24,707 nt of DNA from Candidatus Hadarchaeota archaeon (lineage in GTDB: Archaea; Hadarchaeota; Hadarchaeia; Hadarchaeales; Hadarchaeaceae). Below, in pieces: positions 13,441-22,952 of the stretch. The DNA lies in the NCBI GenBank assembly GCA_040755315.1, contig JBFMBF010000017.1, positions 1 to 24,707 of the forward strand, given 5' to 3'. Position numbers and translations under genes: made by a program. The notes beneath the pieces were generated by a model. It made no database searches. It saw only the letters and a program-made list of their open reading frames with translations, and was not told where the DNA came from. How positions within the stretch are numbered: position 1 is the first letter of the stretch; the number at the start of each line of letters is the position of its first letter.

Positions 13441-14265
13441 TCAGATTCTAACTGCGATCCCTCGTTTGGCCAGGAAATTCTTGACTTCCTTCACTTTGTA
13501 TTCCCCATAGTGGAAGATGCTCGCGGCCAAGGCAGCGCTCGCCTGGGTCCTCTTTAAAACTTCGTACATGTGCTCCGGCCCGCCCGCCCCGCCAGATGCT
13601 ATCACAGGTATCCCCACCATCTTGCTCACCGCGCCCGTGAGCTGGATGTCATAACCCTCCACTGTGCCGTCCCTGTCCATGCTCGTTAGCAGTATCTCGC
13701 CCGCGCCGCGCCTCTCCACCTCGAGCGCCCACTTGATGGCGTCCAGCCCCGTGAACTTCCTCCCGCCGTAAATCGAGCACTCAAACCAGCAGGGGCCTTC
13801 CGGGGTCTCAACAACCACTTTTCCCTTGGCCTCCCCCTTTGAGCGGATGTACCTCCTCTTGGCGTCTATCGCGACGACGCAGGCCTGGCTGCCAAAGTAC
13901 TTCGAGATCTCGCCCACGAGGCGCGGGTTCTTCACAGCGGCTGTGTTCACGGCGACCTTGTCCGCCCCCGCCTTGAAAGCCTTCCCCGCTGCCTCGACGG
14001 AGCTGATTCCCCCGCCAACTGTCAGCGGCACGAACACCTCCTCTGAAGTTTTTTTGATCACGTCGGTCATGGTCGCCCTCCTCTCATGGCTGGCCGTTAT
14101 GTCAAGGAAGACTATCTCGTCGGCCCCGTCCTGGTAGTACTTCCTCGCGAGCTGCCATGGGACGCCGGCGTACCTGATCTGCTTGAACTCTATCCCCTTG
14201 ACGACGCGGCCCCGGGAGACGCCGAAGTCGCAGTCGAGGCACGGGATTATCCTCCGGCTGAGCAT
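13441..14265 (-). CDS. hisF: Imidazole glycerol phosphate synthase cyclase subunit HisF
   Basis: [61 protein letters not shown]. Confidence 0.97.
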   Translation of the reverse strand: MLSRRIIPCLDCDFGVSRGRVVKGIEFKQIRYAGVPWQLARKYYQDGADEIVFLDITASHERRATMTDVIKKTSEEVFVPLTVGGGISSVEAAGKAFKAGADKVAVNTAAVKNPRLVGEISKYFGSQACVVAIDAKRRYIRSKGEAKGKVVVETPEGPCWFECSIYGGRKFTGLDAIKWALEVERRGAGEILLTSMDRDGTVEGYDIQLTGAVSKMVGIPVIASGGAGGPEHMYEVLKRTQASAALAASIFHYGEYKVKEVKNFLAKRGIAVRI

Positions 14266-14266
14266 C

Positions 14267-14860
14267 TCAGGCCTCCAGGAAGTTCCGGAGCATCTTCAAC
14301 CCAACCTCTCCGCTTTTCTCCGGGTGGAACTGCGTCCCGAAGAGGTTGCCTTTCCAAACGGCCGCCGTCACTGTAGCACCGTAGTCGGTCGTGGCCGCAA
14401 TCACTTTCTCCTTCGGCGAGGCGTGGTATGAGTGGTCGAAATACACATAACCTTTCTTGACGCCATTGAAGAGAGGGCAGCCGCTTTTTGTCACCTTCAG
14501 CAGGTTCCAGCCTATTTGTGGGATTTTCAGTGGAGTCCTGATTTTCACTATTTTCCCTGGGATAAGCGGCAGGCCACGGGCCCGCGGTGACTCCTCAGAC
14601 ATCTCGAAAAACATCTGCATGCCGAGGCAGATCCCGAGAACCTGGACTTTCGAGCTGACGGCTTCCTTGATCTTCGGGAAAAAAGGTTTGAAATTTTTCA
14701 CTCCGTCGCCGAAAGCCCCAACTCCTGGTATGATTATCTTTTCGGCCTTCAGCTTTGACGGGCTCGACACCACGACGGGTTTTACACCCACGTATTTTAC
14801 CGCGTTGTACACGCTCCTGATGTTGCCCATCTTGTAGTCCACTATCGCGACTTTGACCAT
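14267..14860 (-). CDS. hisH: Imidazole glycerol phosphate synthase glutamine amidotransferase subunit HisH
   Basis: [23 protein letters not shown] (catalytic Cys), GTQFHPEKS (His/Glu); 1 nt from hisF. Confidence 0.96.
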   Translation of the reverse strand: MVKVAIVDYKMGNIRSVYNAVKYVGVKPVVVSSPSKLKAEKIIIPGVGAFGDGVKNFKPFFPKIKEAVSSKVQVLGICLGMQMFFEMSEESPRARGLPLIPGKIVKIRTPLKIPQIGWNLLKVTKSGCPLFNGVKKGYVYFDHSYHASPKEKVIAATTDYGATVTAAVWKGNLFGTQFHPEKSGEVGLKMLRNFLEA

Positions 14861-14969
14861 CGGAACCCTGACGACTGTGGTTCTGGGCTTAATTTGGTTT
14901 TGGGAGCGGCGCTTGGCTTAACCTTATCAAAAAGTGTGGGTTTATTTAATCGGGAGTAAGGTAAGGTGC

Positions 14970-16559
14970 ATGCAAAAGACGGCAAAAATAAGAAAGCTGG
15001 CCCATAACGGCGTCCTGGTCCCGGCCTACGGGCCGCAGGGTTTTGCCATAGGCTACGATGGCAGAAAAATCAAACTGACGCCGGATCAGGAAGAGATGGC
15101 AGTTTCCTGGGCCCGGAAACTAGGGACGGACTATGTGAAAGACCCGGTCTTCGCGAGGAACTTTGCCAGGGATTTCTCCAAAGCTCTCGGGCTGGAAAAG
15201 GAAGCTAGGATGGACGACTTTGACTTTTCAAGAATAACTCAATGGCTGGAAAAGGAAAAAACAAGGAAAGAAAAAATGCCGCGGGAGGAAAAAAGGGCGC
15301 TGGCTGAAGCCAGGGAAAAAATCAGGGAAACCAACAGGGAAAAATACGGCTATGCAGTCCTGAACGGCGAGAAAGTTGAAATTGCCAACTACATGGTGGA
15401 GCCACCGTCGATATTCATGGGGAGAGGCAAGCATCCTCTGCGCGGGAGATGGAAGCCAAGTGTTGAATACGAAGACATCACCCTGAACCTTTCTGAAGAT
15501 GCTCCAACCCCAAAGCTTCCAGCTGGCAGAAAGTGGAGTGGAAGGGTGTTTGACCCCACGGCCCTCTGGGTGGCGAGGTGGAGGGACAAGCTGGCAGACA
15601 AGATGAAGTACGTCTGGATATCGGAGACTGCCAGGCCGAGGCAGGAGCGGGAGATGGAGAAGTTCAACACCGCGCTGAAGCTTCAGGACCGTATAGAAGA
15701 TGTGCGCAGATACATTTTACAAAACCTGAACTCGAAAGATATGCTCAGGCGCAAGGTGGCAACTGTTGCTTACCTGATAGACGCCCTCAAGCTCAGAGTC
15801 GGTGACGAGAAGGAAAAAGACGAAGCCGATACCGTAGGGGCCACCACCCTGCGAGGCGCGCATGTCAAGATAAACTCGGGTGGAAAAGTGAACTTTGATT
15901 TCTTGGGGAAGGACTCGGTGAGGTGGACGAAGACGGTGGAGCTGCCGCCGCAGGTTGTTCATAACTTGAAATCCCTCATCAAGGGGCCCCGTGACATGAT
16001 ATTCAATGGCGTCCGCTCAAACCTTGTAAACTCTTTTCTGAACGAGGCGATGCCTGGTCTTACCGCGAAGGTCTTCAGAACTTACCATGCCACGAAAATA
16101 GTGAGCGACTATCTCTCCCAAAACAATGTTTCTCCTTCAGACCCAGAAATCAAGAAAAAATTTGTCGCGACATCGGCAAACCTCCGGGCTGCCATTGCCT
16201 GCAACCACAAGCGCAAGCTCCCAAAGAGTTGGGAGTCGTCTATGGAGAAAAAAACAATGCGCCTCAAGTCGCTGGAAGAAAAGCTCAGAGAACTCAGGGA
16301 CATGCCCAAAACAATGGCACGGCTCAAAAGGATGAAGAGGCTGCGGGCGGAAATCAAGTCCGCGAAATTGAAGCTTGAAATGGCCAGCATGACCAAGAAC
16401 TACAACCTCGTCACATCACTCAAGAGTTACATAGACCCGAGAGTCTACGCCATCTGGGCCAAGAAAAACTCGTACGACTGGAAGCAGGTATACCCGAAGA
16501 GCCTGCAAAGGAAGCTGTTGTGGGTCGAAGAAGACTTCGGCAAGTGCCAATCAGATTAA
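14970..16559 (+). CDS. top1B: Eukaryote-like DNA topoisomerase IB
   Basis: L.HNGV, VEPP.IFMGRGKHPLRG, LRVGDEK, FDFLGKDS, LTAKVFRTYHA, CNHKR, TSLKSYIDPR (catalytic Tyr codon 16428-16430). ATG at 14970 is preceded by AAGGTG and by TTTATTTAA at 14941. Confidence 0.95.
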   Translation: MQKTAKIRKLAHNGVLVPAYGPQGFAIGYDGRKIKLTPDQEEMAVSWARKLGTDYVKDPVFARNFARDFSKALGLEKEARMDDFDFSRITQWLEKEKTRKEKMPREEKRALAEAREKIRETNREKYGYAVLNGEKVEIANYMVEPPSIFMGRGKHPLRGRWKPSVEYEDITLNLSEDAPTPKLPAGRKWSGRVFDPTALWVARWRDKLADKMKYVWISETARPRQEREMEKFNTALKLQDRIEDVRRYILQNLNSKDMLRRKVATVAYLIDALKLRVGDEKEKDEADTVGATTLRGAHVKINSGGKVNFDFLGKDSVRWTKTVELPPQVVHNLKSLIKGPRDMIFNGVRSNLVNSFLNEAMPGLTAKVFRTYHATKIVSDYLSQNNVSPSDPEIKKKFVATSANLRAAIACNHKRKLPKSWESSMEKKTMRLKSLEEKLRELRDMPKTMARLKRMKRLRAEIKSAKLKLEMASMTKNYNLVTSLKSYIDPRVYAIWAKKNSYDWKQVYPKSLQRKLLWVEEDFGKCQSD

Positions 16560-16598
16560 CAATAAAAGATAACGCCCCGCGTCCGTGCTTTGCGGGGC
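16560..16598 (-). terminator. GC-rich hairpin between the convergent top1B and cyclase genes, followed by a U-rich tract on the minus strand
   Basis: GCCCCGC (16574-16580) pairs with GCGGGGC (16592-16598); minus strand continues GTTATCTTTTATT. Confidence 0.45.
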
Positions 16599-16609
16599 CA
16601 AGATTGACT

Positions 16610-17446
16610 TTACCCAACAAGCGCCAGCACTCGCGCCCAGGCGGATTCCGCGCCCTCAATCTTGATCGGGGCACAAGAGATAATCACGCGCCTGTTCTGA
16701 AGCTCGGGCTTGCTTATTTCCCCACCCAAGTTCTCCAGATGGATGCACTTGTGCGGAAACAGCTTGTTGTGCGTCAGCTGGTAGTCCTCGGTCGGGAAGA
16801 GCTTCTCCAACTGTGCCTTGCCGAACTTCTTCTCGCAGTAGGCCCGGACCCTCTCGCACTGGCCGAAAGTCCCCTTACCCAGAAATCTGCCTATGGGCAA
16901 GTCCATCGGGTGGTCAGTGGAAACTGCGTCGACGCCCCAGATGTGCACCTTTTTCTTGATCAGCCAGTTAACCATGTCTGGATGGGCTCCGGGGTGCCTG
17001 AGTATGTAGCGTTCCTCGTCTGCATCCGTCCCGTACGCGGCGTACTTGTGCCAGCCAGTGTGTAGAATGACGATGTCCCCCTCGTGAACGTCTGCCCTTT
17101 CCTCGATCATCTCAGGCGTGTAGACATCCAAGTCGTCCATGTCCTTGCTCAGGTCCACAATCACGCCTGGACCGAACAGCCATTCCATGGGTAACTGGTC
17201 TATGGTCTCGCCCTTCGTGCTGAAGTGACGTGGCGCATCGAGGTGGGTCCCTATGTGCCATGAGCTCGTGATAATCTGGGCGTTCACTCCGTGCTCCGGC
17301 TTTCGTTTGAAGTACTTCATCTCGAAAGGCGGGTAGTAAGGCCAGAAATGCGTGTGGATGCCGAGCGGCTGCGTAAGGTCGTATGCTTTCACCTTCTTCT
17401 TCTCAACCATTTCCACCAGCTTGCCTGACTTAGCTTGCTTAGCCAT
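16610..17446 (-). CDS. Cyclase family (kynurenine formamidase-like) metal-dependent hydrolase
   Basis: HIGTHLDAPRH (HxGTHxDxPxH), GDIVILHTGW, HPG, GVDAVSTD, HLENL, ARVLA. Strong SD GAGGAGGT at 17460-17453 and TTATAA at 17486-17481. Confidence 0.92.
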   Translation of the reverse strand: MAKQAKSGKLVEMVEKKKVKAYDLTQPLGIHTHFWPYYPPFEMKYFKRKPEHGVNAQIITSSWHIGTHLDAPRHFSTKGETIDQLPMEWLFGPGVIVDLSKDMDDLDVYTPEMIEERADVHEGDIVILHTGWHKYAAYGTDADEERYILRHPGAHPDMVNWLIKKKVHIWGVDAVSTDHPMDLPIGRFLGKGTFGQCERVRAYCEKKFGKAQLEKLFPTEDYQLTHNKLFPHKCIHLENLGGEISKPELQNRRVIISCAPIKIEGAESAWARVLALVG

Positions 17447-17515
17447 TTTACAACCTCCTCGGGGATTTCAGGCGGGGAAGTTATAAGGATTGCGGGTGTT
17501 TTCCCGGAGCCAGTT

Positions 17516-17995
17516 TCATGTTTTCAAAATATGCAAGAATGGTCCTTCAGGCCTGTCCTTCACTGTGCTGTGGACTATGAATGTCTCCGTCTCGCGGACT
17601 CCCTTCAGCTTGTGTATTTTCTTTATCATCCTCGTCAACTCCTTGCTGTCCTTCACCAGAACCTCGAACACGGCGCTGTACCTGCCGAAGAGGCGGTAGA
17701 ACTCTGTGACCTGGGGCAGTCCTCCGATGGCCGCCTCGTTCTTCTTCCTGGACTCAATGTTTGGATCCTCACGTAAGAAGACGTACGCCTTTGTCCCCAG
17801 CCCGAACTTCTCGGGGTTGAACCTCGCCGTGAACGACTTTATGGTACCGTCCGACCCGAACTGCTTTATTTTCTTGGCCACCGTCTGCCTTGAAGCTCCG
17901 ACTTTGCTGGATATTTCCACGACGGACTGTGAGCTGTTTTCAACCAGCTGGACCAATATTTTCCTGTCCAAATCCCTCAATTTACCACTTAACAT
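17516..17995 (-). CDS. Lrp/AsnC family transcriptional regulator
   Basis: N-terminal HTH (LDRKILVQLVENS..S..EI...VG.S..TV..KI..F...G.I) and C-terminal RAM domain (YRLFGRYS..FEV, GVRETETFIV). Confidence 0.92.
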   Translation of the reverse strand: MLSGKLRDLDRKILVQLVENSSQSVVEISSKVGASRQTVAKKIKQFGSDGTIKSFTARFNPEKFGLGTKAYVFLREDPNIESRKKNEAAIGGLPQVTEFYRLFGRYSAVFEVLVKDSKELTRMIKKIHKLKGVRETETFIVHSTVKDRPEGPFLHILKT

Positions 17996-18048
17996 TTTGT
18001 TAACAGAAACACTTAAAAAGTTAACGTTTTTATAAGGAAAGAGATTGC

Positions 18049-19938
18049 ATGGGACGAGTACTGGAAGAAAAGCTCAAGGGAAAAAACTACGAAAGGCTAT
18101 TCAGTTTGAATAACCCCCCCCTCCATCGTTTCATCGCAAAGTATGTGGAACTCTGCAATCCAGACGATGTGTTTGTTTCCATGGATTTGCCGGAAGACTT
18201 CCGCTACTTCCGAGAACAAGCGATAGCTCACGGGGAAGAGAAAAAGCTTGCCATTGAAGGGCACACCGTTCATTTCGACGGGTATTACGACCAAGGCAGG
18301 GATGAAAAAAACGTCAGGTTTCTTGTGCCAAAGGGACCAGACTATGGCTCTTACATGAACGTCGCAGCGGAAGGCGAAGAGTCAGAAATCCCCAACCTTC
18401 TGAGAAACATCATGCAGGGCCACAGGATGTACGTATGTTTCTTCTGTTTGGGGCCAAACAACTCAGAATTCTCTTTACCGTCCGTCCAAATAACTGACTC
18501 CAGCTACGTGGCGCATTCATCTGTCTTGCTCTACCGCCCCGGTTATGAAGAGTTCAAAAGGCTGGGCGACTCCCCAATGTTTTTCAAGTTCCTGCACGCC
18601 GAGGGAGAGCTTGAAGGGGGGGTGAGCAAAAACATCCACCTGCGCAGGATATACATAGACCTCAAAAATGACACAGTGTACAGTATGAACACCCAGTACG
18701 GCGGCAACACAATTGGCCACAAGAAGCTGGCGATGCGTTTGGCAATACATCAGGCATCGGAAGAACACTGGTTGACGGAACACATGTTTCTGATGGGCGT
18801 CCACGGTCCTAATGGAAGAGTGAGTTATTTCACGGGGGCGTTTCCATCACTCTGCGGGAAAACCTCCACTTCCATGATGAAAGGGGAAACCATCGTTGGG
18901 GACGATATAGTCTATCTGAAGAAGAAAGGCGGTAGAATGCACGCCGTCAACGTAGAAAAGGGGATATTTGGGATACTGGACGGCATAAATCCTAAAGACG
19001 ACCCCATCTTGTGGAAAGTCCTTCACAGCCCTGGCGAGATAATATTTTCAAATGTATTGGTAACTGAGGACGGCAATGTTTTCTGGCGCGGGGCAGGAGA
19101 TGTCCCCAAAAAAGGGTTCAACTATTCTGGAGAGTGGTTCCTTGGCAAGAAAGACGCTGGGGGGAATGAGATACTGCCTGCGCATAAAAATGCGCGATTC
19201 ACACTTGATCTCAAGCAATTGGATAACGTGGACCCGGAGTTGGATAATCCAGAGGGGACCCCCGTGAGCGGGATAATTTATGGCGGCAGGGATTCTGACA
19301 CCTGGGTGCCGGTGGAGGAATCTTTTGATTGGACGCATGGAGTTATAACAAAAGGGGCATCGTTGGAGTCGGAAACCACCGCGGCCGCGCTTGGGAAGGA
19401 AGGGGTTAGGAAATTGAACCCCATGGCGAACTTGTCTTTTCTCTCCATCCCATTGGAGCGATACATAAAAAATCACCTGAATTTTGGCCGCGCTTTGGAA
19501 TCTCCTCCTAGAATTTTTTCCGTTAATTACTTCTTGAAAGATAGAAATGGCAAGTTCCTGAATGAAAAGGAAGACAAGGCAGTGTGGCTCAAATGGATGG
19601 AGCGGCGCGCACACAACGAGGTCGGGGCGGTGGAAACGCCCACGGGGCTAATCCCACAACATGAAGATTTGAAGAAATTGTTCGCGCAGGTATTGAACAA
19701 GGATTACTCAAAGAAAGAATACGTAGAACAGTTCACGCTGAGGGTTCCGGAGCACTTGGCCAAGGTGGACAGAATCATTGAGATTTACAGGCAAGTCCCC
19801 AACATCCCAAAGGTTCTTTATGAAGTACTCGAAAAACAGAAGGGTAGATTGATGACAGCAAGAGAAAAGTTTGGTGATTACATCGAACCGGACAAGTTCC
19901 GAATGATCACAGCAGGTGAAAGAAGGGCCAAATCATGA
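18049..19938 (+). CDS. pckG: Phosphoenolpyruvate carboxykinase (GTP)
   Basis: VQITDSSYV, YGGNTIGHKK, WLTEHM, GAFPSLCGKTS, IVGDDI, AHKNARF, IIYGGR, NPMA, FSVNYF. Confidence 0.95.
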   Translation: MGRVLEEKLKGKNYERLFSLNNPPLHRFIAKYVELCNPDDVFVSMDLPEDFRYFREQAIAHGEEKKLAIEGHTVHFDGYYDQGRDEKNVRFLVPKGPDYGSYMNVAAEGEESEIPNLLRNIMQGHRMYVCFFCLGPNNSEFSLPSVQITDSSYVAHSSVLLYRPGYEEFKRLGDSPMFFKFLHAEGELEGGVSKNIHLRRIYIDLKNDTVYSMNTQYGGNTIGHKKLAMRLAIHQASEEHWLTEHMFLMGVHGPNGRVSYFTGAFPSLCGKTSTSMMKGETIVGDDIVYLKKKGGRMHAVNVEKGIFGILDGINPKDDPILWKVLHSPGEIIFSNVLVTEDGNVFWRGAGDVPKKGFNYSGEWFLGKKDAGGNEILPAHKNARFTLDLKQLDNVDPELDNPEGTPVSGIIYGGRDSDTWVPVEESFDWTHGVITKGASLESETTAAALGKEGVRKLNPMANLSFLSIPLERYIKNHLNFGRALESPPRIFSVNYFLKDRNGKFLNEKEDKAVWLKWMERRAHNEVGAVETPTGLIPQHEDLKKLFAQVLNKDYSKKEYVEQFTLRVPEHLAKVDRIIEIYRQVPNIPKVLYEVLEKQKGRLMTAREKFGDYIEPDKFRMITAGERRAKS

Positions 19939-21131
19939 AGTTGTCAAAAAGAGCTAGTTTGATCGGGCCCTCTCCAACGCTCGGGATAACGGCGAAAGCG
20001 AAGAAGATGCAGGCCGAAGGTATCGATGTCATAGGGTTCGGTGCCGGGGAGCCTGACTTCGACACCCCGGAAAACATCAAGGACGCGGCAAAAAAGGCGA
20101 TAGACGCCGGCTTCACGAAGTACACCCCCACCTCTGGCATTCATGAGCTGAAGGCGGCGATATGCGAGAAGCTCAAGCGGGACAACTCGCTGGACTACAG
20201 CCCGGAAGAGGTGCTGGTCTCATGTGGCGCGAAGCATTCCATTTTCAACGCAATTCTTGCAATGTGCGATGAGATGGACGAGGTGGTGCTGCCTGCGCCG
20301 TACTGGGTCAGCTACCCCGAGATGATCAAGCTTGCCGGAGCAAGGGCGATAATTGTCAAGACAATGCAGCAGAACGGTTTGAAAATCACGGCCGAACAGC
20401 TGAGCAATGAAATAACTCCTGAAACAAAGCTTTTCATACTGAACTCTCCGTCGAATCCAACGGGGATGGCCTACTCCAAAGAGGAGCTGAAATCTATTGC
20501 CGAGGTTCTTGTCGATGATAACATCTACTGCCTTTCCGACGAGATTTATGAAAAAATAACCTATGGCGGGGTGCAGCATGTCAGCATCGCCTCCATGTCC
20601 CAGGAGATGAAAAATCTGACCATCGTGGTGAACGGTGTTTCAAAGCCATACTCCATGACTGGTTGGCGGATAGGCTACGCCGCTGGGCCGAAGGAGATCA
20701 TACAGGTCATGTCAAACATCCAGGACCACTCCACATCTAATCCCCCTTCCATCAGTCAGAAGGCTGCTCTTGAGGCTCTGACGGGGCCTCAGGAGAAGGT
20801 TGGAGAGATGGTCAAAGCATTCGCCAAGAGGAGAGACTACATCGTGAAGAGACTGAACTCGATTGCAGGTATCGAGTGCCTGACGCCTGAAGGTGCATTT
20901 TATGCCTTTCCAAACGTGTCACAGCTTTACGGGAAGAGACACGGTGGAAAAATGATTAAGGACTCTTTCTCGCTGACGGAGCTTTTGCTTGAACAGGCCC
21001 GGGTTGCGGTTGTCCCGGGAGCAGTCTTCGGAAGCGACGAGCATTTAAGGTTCTCCTACGCAACATCTATGGAAAACATCGAGAAAGGGATGGATAGAAT
21101 CGAGGAGTTCATGAAGAAAATAAAAGGGTGA
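19935..21131 (+). CDS. aspC: PLP-dependent aminotransferase class I/II (aspartate aminotransferase, subgroup Ib-like)
   Basis: GAGEPDFDTP, PYWVSY, NSPSNPTG, SDEIY, NGVSKPYSMTGWRIGY, PEGAFY, LRFSYA; ATGA overlap with the pckG stop. Confidence 0.9.
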   Translation: MKLSKRASLIGPSPTLGITAKAKKMQAEGIDVIGFGAGEPDFDTPENIKDAAKKAIDAGFTKYTPTSGIHELKAAICEKLKRDNSLDYSPEEVLVSCGAKHSIFNAILAMCDEMDEVVLPAPYWVSYPEMIKLAGARAIIVKTMQQNGLKITAEQLSNEITPETKLFILNSPSNPTGMAYSKEELKSIAEVLVDDNIYCLSDEIYEKITYGGVQHVSIASMSQEMKNLTIVVNGVSKPYSMTGWRIGYAAGPKEIIQVMSNIQDHSTSNPPSISQKAALEALTGPQEKVGEMVKAFAKRRDYIVKRLNSIAGIECLTPEGAFYAFPNVSQLYGKRHGGKMIKDSFSLTELLLEQARVAVVPGAVFGSDEHLRFSYATSMENIEKGMDRIEEFMKKIKG

Positions 21132-21134
21132 AGA

Positions 21135-22397
21135 ATGACGAAAATTTACTTAATAGATGTGACGAACAGGGACGGAGTGCAGACCTCCAGGATTTGTCTT
21201 TCAAAGCTGCAGAAGACCATGCTGAATTATTTTCTTAGCCAGATGGGAGTCTTCCAGTCCGAGTTCGGCTTCCCCGTCACCCACCACGAGACAAACTACC
21301 TGAACGCCAACTTGGAGCTTGCAAAGCTCGGGGTGTTCGGGCAGACGCGGCTGGGCGGCTGGGTCCGGGCGATAGAGAAAGATGTCAGGACGGCGTTCGA
21401 GCTGGTTCCGGCGATAGAGCACCTCAACCTTTCCATCTCCACCTCCGACCAGATGATCATGCACAAGTTCAAGGGGAAGCTGGACCACGCCCAGGTGATA
21501 AAGGAGATGACGGACGCCGTGAAGCTTGCCAGGGAACTCGGCGCAAAAAGCATCGGGGTGAACGCGGAGGACGCCTCGAGGACCCGCCTCGAATATTTGA
21601 TAGAGTTCGGCAAAGAAGCGAAAGCTGCCGGTGCTGACAGGATTCGTTACTGCGACACCCTTGGGTATGACAGCCCGTTCACGATATACGAGAGGGTGAA
21701 GAAGCTCGCGCAGGAAGTGAAAACACCAATTGAAATCCACTGTCACAACGACTTGGGGATGGTGGTGGCCACTTCCGTGTGCGGCGCGATGGGGGCCAAC
21801 GACGCGGGACAGGACGCGTACATCAACACCAGCGTGAACGGCATGGGGGAGCGGGCAGGTAACGCCGACCTAGTAGCTGTAATCCTGGCGATTAAGCACG
21901 GCAGTGGTATAGAGCGCAAGTACACCCTTGACGAGAGGGTAAACTTGAAGATGGCGTGGAGAACCTGCAAATATGCGTCTTATGCTTTCGGCGTGCCGAT
22001 TCCGATAAACCAGCCTGGGGTCGGCGCGAATGCATTTGCCCATGAGTCCGGGATACATGCAGACGGGGCGCTGAAAGACAGGAGGAACTATGAGCTTTAC
22101 GACTTCGAAGAGTTGGGGAGGGGAGAGCCGGACATCATCGAGACCGGTCGGCAGATCACTGTGGGAGAGTACTCGGGAATCAAGGGCTTCAGAAATGTTT
22201 TCGACAAACTTGAGGTGGAATTCAAGGACGAGGCCGAGGCCACGAAAATACTCGAGCTGGCGAGGTATGCAAACGTTCACAACCAGAAACCACTAGTCAA
22301 CGACGAGCTGCTATTCATTGCAAAGTACCCGAGGGTATGCCGCAAGATAATGACGATGTCTCCGCCCGCAAAAATCATGGGCGAAAATCGAGATTGA
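21135..22397 (+). CDS. DRE-TIM Claisen-condensing enzyme, homocitrate-synthase-like; probable Re-citrate synthase
   Basis: DVTNRDGVQ, NAEDASR, YCDTLG, HCHNDLG, NGMGERAGNA, AFAHESGIHADG; no LeuA regulatory domain. Confidence 0.8.
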   Translation: MTKIYLIDVTNRDGVQTSRICLSKLQKTMLNYFLSQMGVFQSEFGFPVTHHETNYLNANLELAKLGVFGQTRLGGWVRAIEKDVRTAFELVPAIEHLNLSISTSDQMIMHKFKGKLDHAQVIKEMTDAVKLARELGAKSIGVNAEDASRTRLEYLIEFGKEAKAAGADRIRYCDTLGYDSPFTIYERVKKLAQEVKTPIEIHCHNDLGMVVATSVCGAMGANDAGQDAYINTSVNGMGERAGNADLVAVILAIKHGSGIERKYTLDERVNLKMAWRTCKYASYAFGVPIPINQPGVGANAFAHESGIHADGALKDRRNYELYDFEELGRGEPDIIETGRQITVGEYSGIKGFRNVFDKLEVEFKDEAEATKILELARYANVHNQKPLVNDELLFIAKYPRVCRKIMTMSPPAKIMGENRD

Positions 22398-22402
22398 AAA
22401 CT

Positions 22403-22870
22403 TCAGAAGAACTCGTAGAGCTGCTTGAAGATTGCCTTCAAATCTTCCGTCTGATCCTTGAAGACCTCGGTCCCGCCCTTGTAGCGGAGGGCGTAGATGA
22501 TCCTGATTGGCATTATTCTCGACAGGACAACGGCGCTTGCGCCCAGAAGGAGCTTGACGCTGGCGGCCCCCCCGGTGTAGTTTATGATGACCTCGTCGCC
22601 GGTCTTTATCTGCCCGAAGACTCTGGCCACCGCATCGCCCACCGAGCGCACGTCGAAGATGTCGCAGGTCTCCCAGACTATTTTTGTGTTGGACTTCTTC
22701 GCGGCGTTTTCCACAACAACTTGGCTGGGTTCCGTGTAACCTCCTCCGGAGGAGATGTTTTTCATCTGATATTCAGAGCATATGATGTGGGTGACATCCG
22801 GTTTTTCAGTCTCAAGCGCGAACTCTATCGTCGCCGGGACCTCTCCCAACCCCTGTATCAATACTTTCAA
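22403..22870 (-). CDS. Standalone CARF-domain (CRISPR-associated Rossmann fold) protein, ~155 aa
   Basis: KVLIQGLGEVP, PDVTHIICS, VIINYTGG followed by a helix, and IIY, which follow CARF strand order. TTG at 22870 is preferred (GGTG upstream, TTTATGTA at 22908-22901); the ORF track starts at 22900. Confidence 0.7.
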   Translation of the reverse strand: MKVLIQGLGEVPATIEFALETEKPDVTHIICSEYQMKNISSGGGYTEPSQVVVENAAKKSNTKIVWETCDIFDVRSVGDAVARVFGQIKTGDEVIINYTGGAASVKLLLGASAVVLSRIMPIRIIYALRYKGGTEVFKDQTEDLKAIFKQLYEFF

Positions 22871-22952
22871 ACCCACACCAATCCCCCCTTCTCCAACCAC
22901 TACATAAAGGTTTCCGAGACAGTTTTAACAGGCCTGTCCAACTTGTGATTGT

